From: Podarcis tiliguerta
Taxonomy: Eukaryota
Assembly (NCBI GenBank): GCA_965153285.1
Contig: OZ229115.1
Length of the DNA: 64,000 bases
Strand: one strand, 5' to 3'
The notes beneath the pieces are model-generated. The model was not told the origin of the DNA. It saw only the letters and a program-made list of their open reading frames with translations, and did not search any database. The number at the start of each line of letters is the position of its first letter. The stretch's first letter is position 1. The position numbers and the translations under genes were made by a program. Of this stretch, positions 12,779-27,120 are shown piece after piece.

Positions 12779-15700
12779 GAGTTAACAAAGGCCAGCTTTG
12801 ATCATTTGAGCTACAGATACAGTGCAAACTTTCCTCATATTCTCCTGGAAGCATATCCTGTTTCCCATATACCAGGAGAGGCATAAAGATACTAAGGAAC
12901 TTGGAATGTCTTGCAGGTCTTATTATGTGTATTCTGTTCTGGTTAATGTCAGTATTTCAACTGTGGTGGGATGTTGGATGAAAAATGAAAGCCTACTGCT
13001 GATTTGTTTTGAAACATGCATTCCATATGTCTTCGTAGTTTTTTTCTTTTGCAATGTTACCAATTGGTATTAAAAATAGCAATTAAAAAAAAAACAAAAA
13101 ACCCGAAGCAGCGCAGCATAGAATAAAATCAATAATAAAAAGGCTCCTAAGAGATGCAACATTGTCCAACTGCTTAAGAACAACTGTGCAACTGAAAGCG
13201 GACCAGTTTATTGTTCACTCCTTTTCCTTAACCCCTTTCTCTGGAGTTACAAATCGTCCCACTCCGCAAAGGAACTAGCCGTGATGAAAGCTATTACATC
13301 TGCAGAAATGCCAATTATGGTTGTAGCTTACCAGAACTTAATGCAGAATTTAAGCATGGTTTCACATCCGGGGTTAACAGGCATCCTAGTTAGTCCTAGC
13401 TGCAGACATAATATTTATCTATGGGGTATGCATCTTACCAAAGGCCGGAAAAAGGTCCTGCCCAATCCCTTGGCTGGTTGTTGATTGCTTAACCATGGAA
13501 CACGTTACATCTGCTCTCAGCCCAGATGACATTTTGCCCTCTGTTTTACATTCAGCTGCTGATAAAACTTTGGGGAGACCGAAGTGTGTTCAGTTTTATC
13601 AAGCGGTTTTGCAAGGAAAGGAGAGTAGGAGGCGGGGGGAGCAACATGTATCTTAAATTATACCATGATAACTGCTCTCTTTTAAAGCCAGTGAGTGGGA
13701 CGCAAAGCAAAGTTTGCTGAATTGGGTTGATTTCTTTTTTACAGTTGCATTTGCAGTTCACCTTTGAAGATAAATGTCATTGGGTAAAATGTAATAACCG
13801 TTTGTGTGCTCGCTACTGAAAATGTTTTGTCACTGTGATGACGAGAATCTAGGGTTACGAGCCGGTCTTAAGTGAGGCGTTAATTCCCAGTGATTTATTT
13901 GAATGAGGAGGTTGAGCACACGCGTAAATATTCTTCTCTGAAATCAGTGGGGTCTCAAGCCTCCTTCACATTTTACTCTTGTAAAGGGGCAATATGAGTA
14001 GAAAGGGGCTCCTTCAGGCACCACTCCTGCCATCCATGTATAAGTGTGGATGTCTGAGGTGGGGGAAGCCTTTGCACATAAATGTCCGGACACATAGGCT
14101 TCCAGTACCCGGAGAAGCCTACATTTGTAGGCTACCCCACATCAGAAGTCTATGCTAATGGCTGGGCATGTGTACATCTGCTACACGACCCCCTCCACCC
14201 TTTGTGATTATTATTGCTACATTTATATACCATCCATAAATTCAGTTCTCTAGTGGTTGGTATTCAACTATGTTGTACTCAGAGTACTCCTGTTGCAATT
14301 GATGTACCTAACTTAGCCATGTTCATTACTTTCCACGTACCTACTCTGAGTAAAACTTAATTTAACACAACTCATAGTTTAAACACACACACAAAATCCA
14401 ATTATACAAATACAACTTAGCACGTAAAACCACCCCAAAGCCAGCACAAACACAGCAGCACAAAATCAGTTTTAAACTGGCAAGGGGAAAACATTTATGT
14501 TAGCAATTTATAGGCAGCTTAATGTAAAAACAAAAAACCCTCTCTAAGCAATTTACCAAGTTTTTAAAAAACCAATCCATAAAACTGTAAGGCTAGAATA
14601 CAAATAAGATGAAAATACATGTTGTCACTAAAAATCCATAATCGGAATACTAAAACAAAATACTGAGGAGTGCATGGCGGGCAGATTAACAGTCAAAAAT
14701 GCCCAAGCAAATAACTAAGCTTTTGATGGGCATCTAAAACACGTCATGGTTGACATCTCCCGGATTGTGTGGGAGAGGAGGCAAGGAATTAAGCATATTA
14801 AAAAATGTGCATGTCCTGGAAGAATATAAATGTCTACACTTGGCACAATGCAGGTGGGCACCAGGCAAGCCTCTCTGATGAGGATGTTCTGTGTATGGGG
14901 CACCACTACCAAAAAGACCTTGCTACCTTTGGACTGTGGTATTATGGCCTGGAAATTTATTCTAACTCTCCACCTCCCTCTCCAGCCACCTTTGACAAGA
15001 AATAGTGTCATTAAAGAGCTGACTATTTTAATGCGACCGAAGAAAAGCATCCAGTCAGACAACATTAAAAATATAAGGAGTGAATCGGGCTAATGGATGC
15101 ATGCAGCCATCAGGACGCGTATATACACGCAACACGAACTGCAGCACAGCCTTAATTTCTCGCTGAGATCATTTTTAGTAGGTCTCAAATGAGCTTCCCA
15201 GTTTGGCTAAGACTAATAAAAACCTCTTAAAATTACAAATCGAAAGCCGGCTGATGCTATGCAAATGAAGCAAGTCCTCACTTCGCGACAGAGGATTCAT
15301 TTGTAACTCAGATCAGAGGCTCCGATCCGTATTTCTTGGTGACTAATGAATATGGCCTCTGCAGACCAATTTCTGTTCCACTCTATTTAATGGCTGAAGC
15401 AGTATCAGTGTGAGCAGTTTGACTCCTCTATTTCCCATTAGAGAAGAGGGGAAGAAAATCCTTTCATTCCACTCCAAAGTATCTCCCACCTGCCATTGTA
15501 GAGGCTCACAATTCAGACAGAAAGAGGATATTAAGATGGATTAGGCTAATTAATTTTGCTCCTGACAATAGAGAGTCCTGACCCAACTTTTTTCTATCCA
15601 TTCAGGCATGGAGCAGTGTTCTGGGCGCGACATCTTTTTATTTGTGTGATGCACGCTGTTTGCGTTTCTATTTGTTTTTGAAATCAGCCAAATCATATGC

Positions 15701-16255
15701 AGATGTAGATATATGTACCTAATGACACATTGTAACTAGGTAAATGGGACATGGTGATTCAGCAATCACCCACATTACACATTAACGTAAGAGCCTCTCT
15801 TCAATTGACGAATATCGTGTTTTCACTGAAATCCTCCTTAATTGCATATTATTTTGTGAGCATCTTAATGTGAGTGTAAGTATGTGAGATCAGGCCGCTA
15901 CTGATCATTCTTGGGTTCTGAATAAATGGGGAAATCCTCTGCTCCTGCCGAACTTAAATTTCACATCGGAGCCCAGTATAGCTCTAGCCTGGCTGGAGGA
16001 ACTTTAAAATTAAAGCCATGAGCGTTCCCTTTTTATATGCTTCAGTATGCTAATAATATTCTTTTTCGCTGCTGCTGCTCCAAGGCTTCTTATATCAATG
16101 CTCTTTGTTATACGGGGAAAGCGGTAGCCTTTTGGTCTTTAAATCACCGCAAATCATGTTGACAGTTAAATATTGTAATTGTCATCAGATCATGTTAGGG
16201 ACTCTCTCCTGTTGCCTTAAGGCAGTAAGGCCTAATATTTTTCTACTGAATGCAG

Positions 16256-16439
16256 GCTATTGTTGACACGGTGGACAACCTGCTTAGGACCCAAGCGCTA
16301 GACTCCTGGAGAGATATGAATTCCTCCGAACGAGCACATGCTGCAACCATGTTACTTGATACCCTGGAAGAAGGGGCCTTTGTCTTGGCTGACAACCTCT
16401 TAGAACCAACAAGGGTCGCAATGCCTACAGATCACATCG
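16256..16439 (+). CDS. ADGRL2: ADGRL2 exon: GAIN ([10 protein letters not shown]...MPTDHI)
   Basis: tgcag|GCT acceptor, G|GTAAGT donor; 184 nt, phase 0-1. Confidence 0.95.
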
Positions 16440-18587
16440 GTAAGTGAATACGTCTTGAAACGCTTGGCATCACACCGTGGGAAGAGTCCACCAGACCCAG
16501 TGGTTTGGGATGTCCATATATTCCACATTAGATGGAACAGTGTAATTTGCCCAATTAGAAATATATTACACGAAAATAATACAGAAACCTCTGCATTTTA
16601 AAAATGGAAAACCATTATAGATTGATGTTCTGGTTATAGAACAGATAGTGACTAAGATTGTAACCCCGACAATTCCTAGTTCGATTATTTTTGGCTAACA
16701 AAATTAAGTCAAAGGACTTAGGCAAGTAACCTTTATCTTATTCTCATCTGAATTATGGAGCTAATAATGTTGGGCTACTTCTGAAGGATTATTGTAAATA
16801 TTTCTGGATAAAATGTGTATGTAGCGCTTTGAACACTTTGAAAAATGTGCTACATAAATGATAGAAAATACATACATATTTTTCAGTACTCATGGTAGAA
16901 ACTCTTTCTCCTTTATACATAATCGGTTCCTAATGAATGTAGATTACTTTCAGGGAGAGCGCATTGCCAACTTTGGGCACATAGCACATAGACTAAATGT
17001 TTGCATTAAGCACAACTGCCTTCAGGTGAAAGTGTGTTCAGTGAGCCACGTCTCCCACAATACAAAATAGCCATGCTTTGCAGATTGCAAAATAGCTACC
17101 GACACTTTGAGCATAATTTATCATTTAAATGCTGGCAGGGAAATGAAACTATTATGTATTAGGGACATACAGGTATATCTTGTTGTGGTTAAGAAGGTTG
17201 TTGTGTATAGATGTAAAATGCCATTCTCCTTGCGTCCTTGAGGCTTATACCAGTCTACATATTAGGAGGTAGAGCACACATATGTCACAGACATTTCAAG
17301 ACTAGACTTTAAAATGGAAAAACTAATTTATGAATGGGAGAATGTCAGGTACGTGGATTTGTGAATGAGGTGGTGCATGTTTCTGTTGCTAAAGGCGGAA
17401 GCAGAGTTTGCAGATGATCAGCTGTGGAATGCTAAGGATGTCTACTCCAAAGTAAATTCATCTAGGTTAAGTGGGCCTTTGGCTGTGAAGCAAATCCCCT
17501 TTGTACCAGGCCTGGTGGGCTGGGGAGACGGATTGGCTTGACGTGCCTCACCACCCAGTCATCACACTGACTGCCACTATCAGCCTGCAGAGTCAGGTCA
17601 GAATGTAGAGTCTCTCCCACAATAAGCAGAAGTACCACCAGTGGAAGCCATGTTCTAGGAAAGAGGAGGTGCTGAGCTGGACCTCTTCACCTGCTGGCAT
17701 CGGTCCTGAGCTTGGCTGGATCACTGCATTACCTCCAGGCTGCTGCAGCAACCTGCTTTCCCCCTCCTCCAGCCATCTCCCCTGGCCGGTGTGAGAGTTG
17801 TAGATGCAGCGGTGGGTTCCACCATTCTGTCACACCCTGCCCCTGCCCAACTAGTTGCTATCAACTAATGATTTTTTTCATATTTAGTTTATCTATTTAC
17901 ATTAATAAATATATGCCCTTTCCCCACCCTAGAAAAATAGCTGCTGGTACTCACCCTGCTACAGTTTTTAACAAAAACAAAAGAGGTGCCATTACTGCAT
18001 ACTCTTGAGTAACCCCTGAAAAAAAGCACTGTCCATATTCTACCTTTCCTCAGAGTCGTGCCCATTGTTATTACCTCCACCACCCCTTTAATTTAAGTAG
18101 GTTAGGCTAAAATACAATGACTGTGCCATGGTCACCCTACAGAGATTTAAGCCTGGATGCCCCCAGTCCCATTCTGACAGTTTTAATGATCTACTCCTCT
18201 GGCTTCCTGTTGCTGAGAGATTAGGCAAAGCAATAGCAAGTAGGACACAAACACTAAAAATTTATGCATCATGGCTGTTTTGGTCTCCAAAAGTTAAGCA
18301 TTTCTTCCAACTAAGAACTCTTGGGAATTTTGAAGTGATCTCTCTTAGGCTCACATTAAAACCAGGTTGGCTGTCATGTTCTTTGAACTGGCGTGCTGTT
18401 ACTTTTGTGCATCTGCACTCGGGTTTGATTAAAATTTAAAGGAAAACGACGCCAATGCTACCGGTATGCATCTGTCATGTACAAGCAAGGAAATAAGCAT
18501 CCCGAAAGGAAAAACGGAAAAGGAAAACATCAGCCAAATCTGACCACAGGAAACAAAAACCTTCTTCTTGCTTTTTTGTCCACCTAG

Positions 18588-18710
18588 TCTTGGAAGTTGC
18601 AGTGCTGAGTACAGAAGGACAGGTTCAGGACTTGAAATTCCCCCAGGGCAACGCGGGAGGCAATTCTATCCAGCTCTCTTCAAACACTGTGAAGCAGAAC
18701 AGCAGAAGCG
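18588..18710 (+). CDS. ADGRL2: ADGRL2 exon: GAIN ([21 protein letters not shown]...KQNSRS)
   Basis: ctag| acceptor, G|GTATGT donor; 123 nt, phase 1-1. Confidence 0.95.
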
Positions 18711-18965
18711 GTATGTCCTTTGCAAACCATTTATTTTTCAGCTGTAGCAACTTAATTTTGGAAGGGTTTGCTGTGTTATAATAATACACCCTCAGCAACA
18801 TTAAAAATAGTCAGTCGATAGCTCTCATTTGTAAATAACATTAGGCTGCCATTTTTCTTTCTTTTTTACTCGAATCAATCTTTCTGCACTAAAGCTGGGG
18901 AGGGATAGGCTATTTAAAACATGCCATGTTATTTAAAGTGACTATAATAGCTTTCTTTTTCACAG

Positions 18966-19171
18966 GGTTAGCAAAGCTGGTTTTCATAATTTACAAAAGC
19001 TTGGGCCAGTTCCTCAGTACGGAAAATGCAACCATCAAACTGGGAGGAGAGTTTGCTGGCAGGAACAGTACCATCGCTGTGAACTCTGACGTCATTGCGG
19101 CCTCCATCAACAAGGAGTCCAGTCGCGTGTACTTGACAGACCCTGTTCTTTTCACCCTGGCACACATTGAT
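18966..19171 (+). CDS. ADGRL2: ADGRL2 exon: GAIN subdomain B ([14 protein letters not shown]...VLFTLAHID)
   Basis: cacag| acceptor, GAT|GTGAGT donor; 206 nt, phase 1-0. Confidence 0.95.
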
Positions 19172-19671
19172 GTGAGTTATGGTAATGAATTAATGGGAAG
19201 GTCATAAAATCAGCAAGAGCAAAGAGCAAAGAAGGGACGGGGGTGGATCTTTCAATTTGAATTTTAAATGTCGGACTAGGTCAGAGGCACAGGTTTGTTT
19301 GAGTCTACGAACATAAAATTAAATGAGCCTGGTTCAGTGATTATTAGAACTTAAGTGTATTCTTAATGAAAGCTAATTCGGTAATCAACATGAAAATGTA
19401 AATGGCTCTAATTTGTTCCTAAGTGAAAATTAACTCTTACCTTAGCAGCAGGACAGAAAAACACCAGCTCTTATGATTTTGCTTCCTTAATGCAGCAAAA
19501 TTTTAATGGAACTTAGAGCATTTTGCTTTAATTCCATACTGTCTGCTGGAGCCCATTCACTAATCGTTCAGATAGGTTTTAGTCAACGAGGGAATCTTGT
19601 GCTGTTTTCTGCATTCTGCTTGACGCTAGGTTTAACTTCTCTGTGCTTGAACTAGTCAGGTGTTAGTATTC

Positions 19672-19858
19672 CGACTAAACATCAAGAAGAACTTTTTGAC
19701 AACAAGAGCTGCTCAACAGTGCAACAGACTCTTTAGAGTTGTTATTTTTAGCAGAGGTTAGATGTCCATCTGTCATGTATGATCTAGTTGAGATTCCTGT
19801 ATTGCAGGGGTTTGGACTAGATGACCCTCAGGATCCCTTCCAATGCTACGATTTTATT
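19672..19858 (+). mobile_element. CR1 LINE 3' end
   Basis: AACATCAAGAAGAACTT...TTGGACTAGATGACCCTCAGGATCCCTTCCAA...GATT typical CR1 terminus. Confidence 0.75.
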
Positions 19859-20484
19859 TTCCCAGCTGAGGTTTTCCATTTACCAAAAGACAAGACTCTT
19901 AAAAAAAGAAAGGAAAAATCCCCTATCTAGGTGTTTTCCCCCAGACCAGTTTTTCAGTTCAGTTTAATCTGAATTATGATGTCTAGTGATCCTTTAGACT
20001 TGATGGAAATTGAGAAAAGGAAAGTGAATTCGTTAGTAAATCCTCAATTATTCAAGAAGCCCTTTAGAGAAACTTCATGAATCTACTGCTGCAGGATCGG
20101 CAGAAATGGCCACAAGTGCACAGTATGAACATTGAACAGCAAGTAGGAAACGGTGATTGATTAAAATTAGATCTATAGTAATGTGGACTGCACTTTGGCA
20201 TATTTTAAACTATTAAACCCACTTTATAAGTAGGTGGTAGGCTTGTTCAACATGTTCTTGCCGGGTTTGTTAAAGCTGGGTACAATCCACCACAGTCTAT
20301 CCTAGGTCACCTTAATTGCTGTTTAATAGGGTATGAACCAATGTCCCTTATCTAGTTGTGCTCCAAAACAGCAAACCTCAAAAATGTGGAGAATGTAATC
20401 CAAATTGTATTCTATGCCCATTGCGCCATACTTGTCATTTCTGGGTTTACAGTTCTAATTTTCTTTCATCCTGGTGTTTTGCAG

Positions 20485-20658
20485 ACCAAGAATTATTTCA
20501 ATGCAAATTGTTCCTTCTGGAACTACTCTGAACGGACTATGATGGGCTATTGGTCAACTCAAGGATGCAAGCTGATCGACACAAATAAAACGCATACCAC
20601 GTGTGCATGTAGCCACCTAACCAATTTTGCAATCCTCATGGCACATAGGGGAATTGCG
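20485..20658 (+). CDS. ADGRL2: ADGRL2 exon: GPS motif with autoproteolysis site HL|T and tethered agonist TNFAILMAH
   Basis: CSFWNY...YWSTQGC...[15 protein letters not shown]; gcag| acceptor, |GTAAGG donor; 174 nt. Confidence 0.97.
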
Positions 20659-21550
20659 GTAAGGAACAATGCCTTTAATCGGCAACCAAATGACATTTAG
20701 AAAACCCACTTTAACTTCTCTATGTTTGAACTATCTATACAGTCGGGTGTTAGGATAATTTCAGGATCCTTCTGGACATCTCATTTCACAGTATTCCAAA
20801 TATGACCTTTGTGTTCCATAGGTCCAGATGTAAAATGAAGAAAAAGAATGTGTCTGTTCAGCTCCTTATATTTTACACTGAATACCATTTCATTAAAGGA
20901 GCTCAAATATACAGTCATCCCCTATCATTATATACCAATATTTTCTGCTTTCTGGCACTTTTAAGTTCTCCAACATACTCTTGCTTTCTCAAAGCATTTT
21001 GTAGATTTCTGATAGGATTGCAGTTAAGACTGATTACTTGAAAACCCTGCAAATTCACATTGGGACTGGTTAACTGTTGACAAAGGGATGGATATTTACA
21101 CCTTTCAAAAGCATACTTAAAAAGGAAGTGTGTATTCTGCTCTGCATTCTCTAGACCCAGGTAATAGGTATCTGGATGGCATCAGTTCTGAGGGAAAATC
21201 AAAAACTACCAAGAACTATAAAGTACAAGTTCTTCTAGATGCTACTGAGCTACAGAGCCATGGAAATGATAATAAAGGATGTTAATTTTCTCTCACCTGG
21301 CCATGAGCTGTATCACTGGCCAAGGAGCCTGACAGCATCTCCTACTCTAACTGGATCACACAGTGAGAGTTATTCATCCATTCCATTTATGGAACATATG
21401 GCTTTTACTGAAGATCTCTAGTTTCCTTAAATTTCCTTTAATGACCTGAACAATGCTTTATTTGTGCATTCAATATAGAAATTATGTTTTCCCTCCCCTG
21501 CCCTCCTTCCAAAACATCCCTTAGGCGTCAAATGTGGCAAGTTATTGGAA

Positions 21551-21595
<45 letters not shown>
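21551..21595. repeat. (AAT)n microsatellite, about 15 units
   Basis: Seen directly. Confidence 0.95.
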
Positions 21596-21761
21596 TTTCA
21601 AAGTTAGTTCATCTCCAGTGTTTATCTCTGTAGCTGCCAATGGCTGTTGTGCTGTCTTTTGAACAAAGTTGGAATTTCTAAGTGTTAGCGACAAACATGA
21701 TATTTTAGTTTTGTATTGATCAGTGACCACACTAATTTTCTTTACTCTTCATCATTTCCAG

Positions 21762-21968
21762 TACAATGGAATGCATGGTTTACTCCTCACTGTCATCACC
21801 TGGGTAGGGATTGTCATTTCCCTTGTCTGCCTGGCAATTTGCATCTTCACTTTCTGTTTCTTCCGCGGCCTTCAAAGTGACCGAAACACAATTCACAAGA
21901 ACCTTTGCATCAACCTCCTCATTGCAGAATTTATTTTCCTAATAGGCATCGATAAGACGGAGTACAAG
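21762..21968 (+). CDS. ADGRL2: ADGRL2 exon: TM1-TM2
   Basis: ccag|TAC acceptor, AAG|GTAAGC donor; 207 nt; [13 protein letters not shown]...[10 protein letters not shown]. Confidence 0.96.
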
Positions 21969-23520
21969 GTAAGCCCTCAATATTTAACACACATCTGAAG
22001 ATACCTCACTGAAAGGAATAGTAGAAGTAAAGTATTTGATGGCCAAAAGAAGTTTCTCAGTTGTCTGCTTTTTTGATGCAACATTTAGCCACTTTCCCCA
22101 TGGATAAGTAGGTTACTCAGGAAATAATGGCAGGCAGAGAAAAGGTTGAACAGCTAATGTCTGAAACTTCTCATTTAGATGCAAAGATGGAACTATCTCA
22201 TTCAGCTCAAGAGCATTGAGATTTTGCGTGGAAGATGAGTTTACCACTATATATGGCTTAGAATTAACTATGCCACAAAGACTTACACCAGTTTAGATTA
22301 AACAACAAAAAATATTGATGCCATAGAAGGTACAGGAGGGTCCACTGGCAGGTGTTGCGTTGGTGACCTCTGTTTTAGAGAAAGCAAGAAAACATGCCTG
22401 TTCAATGTTGTTAAGTTGGGAACCAGTAGAAGCTTAATAAGCCTGTCAGAGAGTTTCTTGTCAGGTATTGTTTAGCATTTAAGCCACCTATTGACCAACA
22501 AGTTTTTTCTTCAATATTGTGTGTGTATTAGGGAGGGAGGGAGATCATAGGTGATGACAATTCAGATTGATGTATGGTAGTTTCTGTTATTTATGATCAT
22601 TGTTCAAGATCATTTATTGTAATCCAGTGAAACTGATTCTGCAGCTCCATTGGGACTAAGGAAGCAGTTAAATGCTTAACTCCCTGTTGGCTGCAGTGGG
22701 TTCTTACATAAACCTGCCTCTTGCCCGGTAGGTGTACCTAGCGCCCCCAGATACAGGAGAATGTTACACAGAAATAATACATAACCTATCCTTAAGAGAT
22801 AGAAAGCTATGGAATTCTTTTCCTTTGTGTGTCTTCATTTCTCATTTCAGATTAGCCTTTTCCTAAATCTCAAGGCATGAGGCTGAACCCATGGTTTTTC
22901 TAAAATAAGCTGCCCTTAGAATTGAGTCAGTCAGTAGGATTTTGTTCTGCACTCGTCTACAGAGTGTGGCTAGTGATATGATAGCAGATCTTCCTAAAAA
23001 TAGAAAAAGCAACGATATTTGATATTTAAAGGGAAATGGAATATTCTGACAGAGGCAGAAGAATTTTCAACAGAAGGGTATAAATAATACATCTAGTAGC
23101 TGGGGCTCTTTATCTTCTTGTACCAAATCATCTGCAATATAAGCCTTACAGCAGAGTGTTAACATTGCGCTACCAAAAATTAATGGACTGCTTGCCACAC
23201 TTGATATTCCATTGCGTCAAAGAATGCTAATAGGCACATACTTTCCATATCTTAACTCACAGAGTGCAAGAGAGTAGAAGCTGCAGCTACTGGGAACACA
23301 ATACAGTTTTCAGTAGTTATGAATATGAAGTTTTATGTTTGGGGGGGCAGTGTGTGTGCGTATGGGGGGGGAGGGGTTTCAATTACTGCATATACTGTAT
23401 GCTGCCATTACAAACCAAGCTGTTAACATCCACATTATTTCATTTGCTGAATACATCAGATTAAGTGGGAAGGTTGAAAAGTGTTGCACCTTGCATTTGA
23501 TTGTTTCTTTTTCTTTGCAG

Positions 23521-23741
23521 ATTGCATGCCCAATATTTGCAGGCCTCTTACACTTTTTCTTCCTGGCAGCCTTTGCCTGGATGTGCCTAGAAGGGGTGCA
23601 GCTCTATCTCATGTTAGTAGAAGTATTTGAAAGTGAATATTCTAGGAAGAAGTACTACTATGTTGCTGGCTACCTCTTTCCTGCCACGGTTGTTGGTGTC
23701 TCGGCAGCTATCGACTACTCCAGCTATGGAGCGCAAAATGC
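23521..23741 (+). CDS. ADGRL2: ADGRL2 exon: TM3-TM4
   Basis: tttgcag|ATT acceptor, GC|GTAAGT donor; 221 nt; [17 protein letters not shown]. Confidence 0.96.
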
Positions 23742-25709
23742 GTAAGTAATTGCTAGTGACCTGAGTGTTTCAGGCGATTTTTTTTTTTTTTTAAAGCGTG
23801 TTAGCTGTCAGAGGCCCTGACAGACTAAAATAGCACCAGAAAGCTTTATTGGTACGAGAATGGCAAGGCTGTGTGCAAATTCCAATCAGGTCTTTTGTAA
23901 TTTTCTAGGTTCAGAGAATTTGTACCCTGGAGAGGCAAGATTCTAAATTACCACCTTTCTTTTTAACACAAAAGATTGACCCGAAACAAATTGGGAGAAA
24001 AAGTAAATAACTTTTTGGGCCTCCAATGAATATTAAGTAAAATAAAACAAAATAAAATTCTACTTTACTTAAAAGTATCTGGTTTGCTTTAACCCCCCCT
24101 GCCCTAGTTTTAAGCTAACACTTCATTAGATTTCTTTGTTCAGCATGCTTTCTAGCCAGTTCTCTTTCTGGAGAATGATAATGCAGTGTTTCTGCCCCAG
24201 TGGTTCATTTTGATAATATTTATCGGGAAAGAATCGGATTAAAATTAGCCCACTGTTTTCCATTTATAAAAAGTAGGGATATTTATACAAAGTGACAGAA
24301 GGTAGACCCCCCCAAAAATATATATATTTCTGAGGGTTTATGTTGCTAGAGGCATAAATGTGCCTTCCAATAGAGCTTACTTTGTCCTTTGGTGAAATTA
24401 GTTACAGTATGGGCAGATACTGTTGGAATACAAGCAAGCTGCTTGATTCTGCTGTTGATGGAAGACAAACGAAAGCGATCCAGTAGGGAGCTGTGCTATA
24501 TGAAAAGTGAATCAGTAAGTGAAGTGAGTCCCGGTAAACTGATGCGTAATTTAGTTTAATCCTGTTTGGGTTTTTTTTTTTGTTTTAACTATTAAATTTG
24601 CAGCAGCAGGGCTGTTTGCATTATGCTGCTCTGCAGAAGAAGAAGAAATATGACATTTAATCATTTTCTGAGTTGGCGTTCCTTGGGGATAGTCAAGTGA
24701 TGGACAGCTAAAAGCATGTTTTAAATGCACAAGGAAAAGCTGTGTGGGGAGAGGGGGACCCACATCTATACTTTTGCCTGGGTTCACAGCCTATATCAAA
24801 TACTAAGCCAAAAGGAAGCAGAGTTGCTTAATTAAATACCAGGCTTTTTGTGGTTGCCCTGTACTTCCAGGTACCCCTTGGGGTTGATTAGCTGTACCAC
24901 ACAGGGCATCTTTTTAATGCTTGATGCTTTTCAACTTGTTGGTTGACCCCATTCTAAGGTGAGCTGTACCAGTGGCAGCATCACTATTTTTTTTGTTGCA
25001 TTTCATTGAAAAGAAGTGGGGGGGGGGAGGGGGGAGAGAGAAGGTGGAAATAAATAAGCTTGAATGAGAAGCATTGAGAAAGGAAAATGGATGTGGCCTT
25101 GAGTTTCATTCTGAGGTTTGATAGGTTCCAGATTTGAAAAGTGTAAAACGTACTGTAGCACCACCATCAATTGGGGGGGGGGGCGTGCAGGTGGTTTGCA
25201 ATAGTGTGAAGAAAATGGACTGATAGGCAACAATTAATGAGCGTAAAGATGAAGGCAGGTGATCATAAGGAAGTCTTGTTGAACAGCCTTAGTGGAAAGC
25301 TCAATAAACAGACACATTCTCAAGCATATGCTAGTGTTCAGAATTATATCTCCATGCATTTAACTGAAAGAGAGAGTTGCACGGCTGATTTTCTCAACGT
25401 AGAACACTTATGGTGTGCTAATGCAGTTTCCCTTGGTGACCATGCCATTGAATGATGTTAATCTCCTCCCACTTGGCACTCCAAATCATGCTCAGGAATA
25501 ACATACAAACAAGGAAGCAAGACAGCCAGTTGTGTATCCATTTTCAAGAATAGGTTTCATATGGATGTCCACATGGGGTTACTACTTTAAAAAAAGTCAC
25601 ATCATAGCCAGTCCATGTGAATAAGTCCTAAGAGATGTCTACTTTCCATTGGTAACATAGAGTGAATGTGCTATTCTCACGCCACTTTTCTTCTTTTTTT
25701 CTGTAACAG

Positions 25710-25776
25710 CTGCTGGCTCAAAGTTGACAACTATTTTATCTGGAGTTTCATTGGGCCCGTTACCTTCATTATTCTG
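25710..25776 (+). CDS. ADGRL2: ADGRL2 exon: ECL2 and start of TM5 ([22 protein letters not shown])
   Basis: aacag| acceptor, CTG|GTAAGA donor; 67 nt, phase 2-0. Confidence 0.95.
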
Positions 25777-25914
25777 GTAAGAATATTCTCTCTTTCCTTT
25801 CCGCCCATCTGCCTGCCTCTCTCCCAATCCACTTTATTTATTACAGTGGAAATGACCAAAATACTTTGAAAGTCAGGTTATATTTGCTGTGAAACTGTCA
25901 TAGCAATAGCCCTT

Positions 25915-26270
25915 TTGGATAAGACCATAGGCCCATGTTCACCAGCATCATCTTCTCACTATAACCAACCAGATGCTCATGGAAAGCTCACTTCTCGTGG
26001 GTTGTCTCCCCCACCAAAAGCAACTGCTGATATGATACCGATACTGGAAGTAGAAGACAGCCATCACAACTTCTAGCCACTGAAAATCTTATTTGTCTAA
26101 CTGCCTTTTAAAGCTATCCAAGTTGGGGGGTGGGGCAGCGCCACGTCGTGTGGCAGCAAATTCTACTATGCACTGTGTTCATTTTGTCTGTCCCAGTATT
26201 CAACACTCCAATATTCAACTTAATTGGATGACCTTGGGTTCCAGTATTGGGAGATACGGAAACCTCTCTC
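25915..26270 (-). mobile_element. CR1 LINE 3' fragment
   Basis: Reverse strand reads TGTQGHPIKL, the CR1 ORF2 C-terminal motif, followed by CR1-type 3'UTR. Confidence 0.65.
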
Positions 26271-26441
26271 TGTTGTTTGTACACAAATCGGCGAATTTCG
26301 ACCAGAGACTTTGTACAATTGTGATGGCATATGAATCTCAAGTCTTAGTTTTGATTTGTGCACAGTGCTATTCCCCCCCTTGAGATGATACTTTGGGGAT
26401 TTCTGTATTTCCTTCTGGTTTCAGAGCCTTTCAGATATCTT

Positions 26442-26527
26442 TGTAGAATCATAGAAGAAACCCCCCAGGGGTTGTCTAGTCCAACCCCCTGCAATGCGGG
26501 AACCACAGCTAAAGTATCCCTGACATA
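26442..26527 (-). mobile_element. CR1 3' terminal fragment
   Basis: TAGAATCATAGAA...TCTAGTCCAACCCCCTGCAATGC. Confidence 0.65.
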
Positions 26528-27015
26528 TCATCATTTATTGAATATTATCTTTGTACCTGCTGAACTAAAGCAGTGCTGTTTTAAAAGCAGGAGTGTTAAT
26601 AGGCATTTATTTAGTTATTTAGTTATTTTCTTTCTTTTATTATACTTTGCTCTTCATCCAAGAAGTTCAGAGCTTTGTATAGATGGTTTTCAGGTGGTAT
26701 CCCATCCATGTGCTTGTTTAGGAAATGACCCTTTTAATTTTAGCAGTTATCACGTGCCTTCAAACTATTCTTCCTCACACATTCTATAATGCAAATGCTA
26801 ATGATCCTTTTGGGAGGGAAAGTATCATTTTTCATTTTACCAAACATCGCTGCAACATAGCTGATGTGTTGGTGCAAAATTCAGCCTTGTTCAAGTAGAG
26901 ATTTATCTTCTTGGAATAGTCTTACAGTCTCAACCTTTAAGCCACTATATGTATTGAGTCGTACCCAGGGCACCTAATGTCATTCTGTAAGACTGAGTTG
27001 CCAATCTTTATCCTT

Positions 27016-27120
27016 GATTGCCAGTTGAGTCCAGAGAAGGCAGTTTTTTTCTCAGCATAGCTGTACGGATTGCCAGTTGAGTCCAGAGAAGGCAGTTTTT
27101 TTCCTCAGCAAAGCTGTACG
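27016..27120. repeat. Tandem duplication, two units of 52 and 53 bp
   Basis: GATTGCCAGTTGAGTCCAGAGAAGGCAG...GCTGTACG occurs twice, nearly identical. Confidence 0.95.

Noticed and set aside
21542-21730. Poly-Ile ORF
   Set aside because: Translation of the (AAT)n microsatellite
27016-27120. Direct repeat as a CRISPR-like array
   Set aside because: Only two abutting units, no spacers, vertebrate intron
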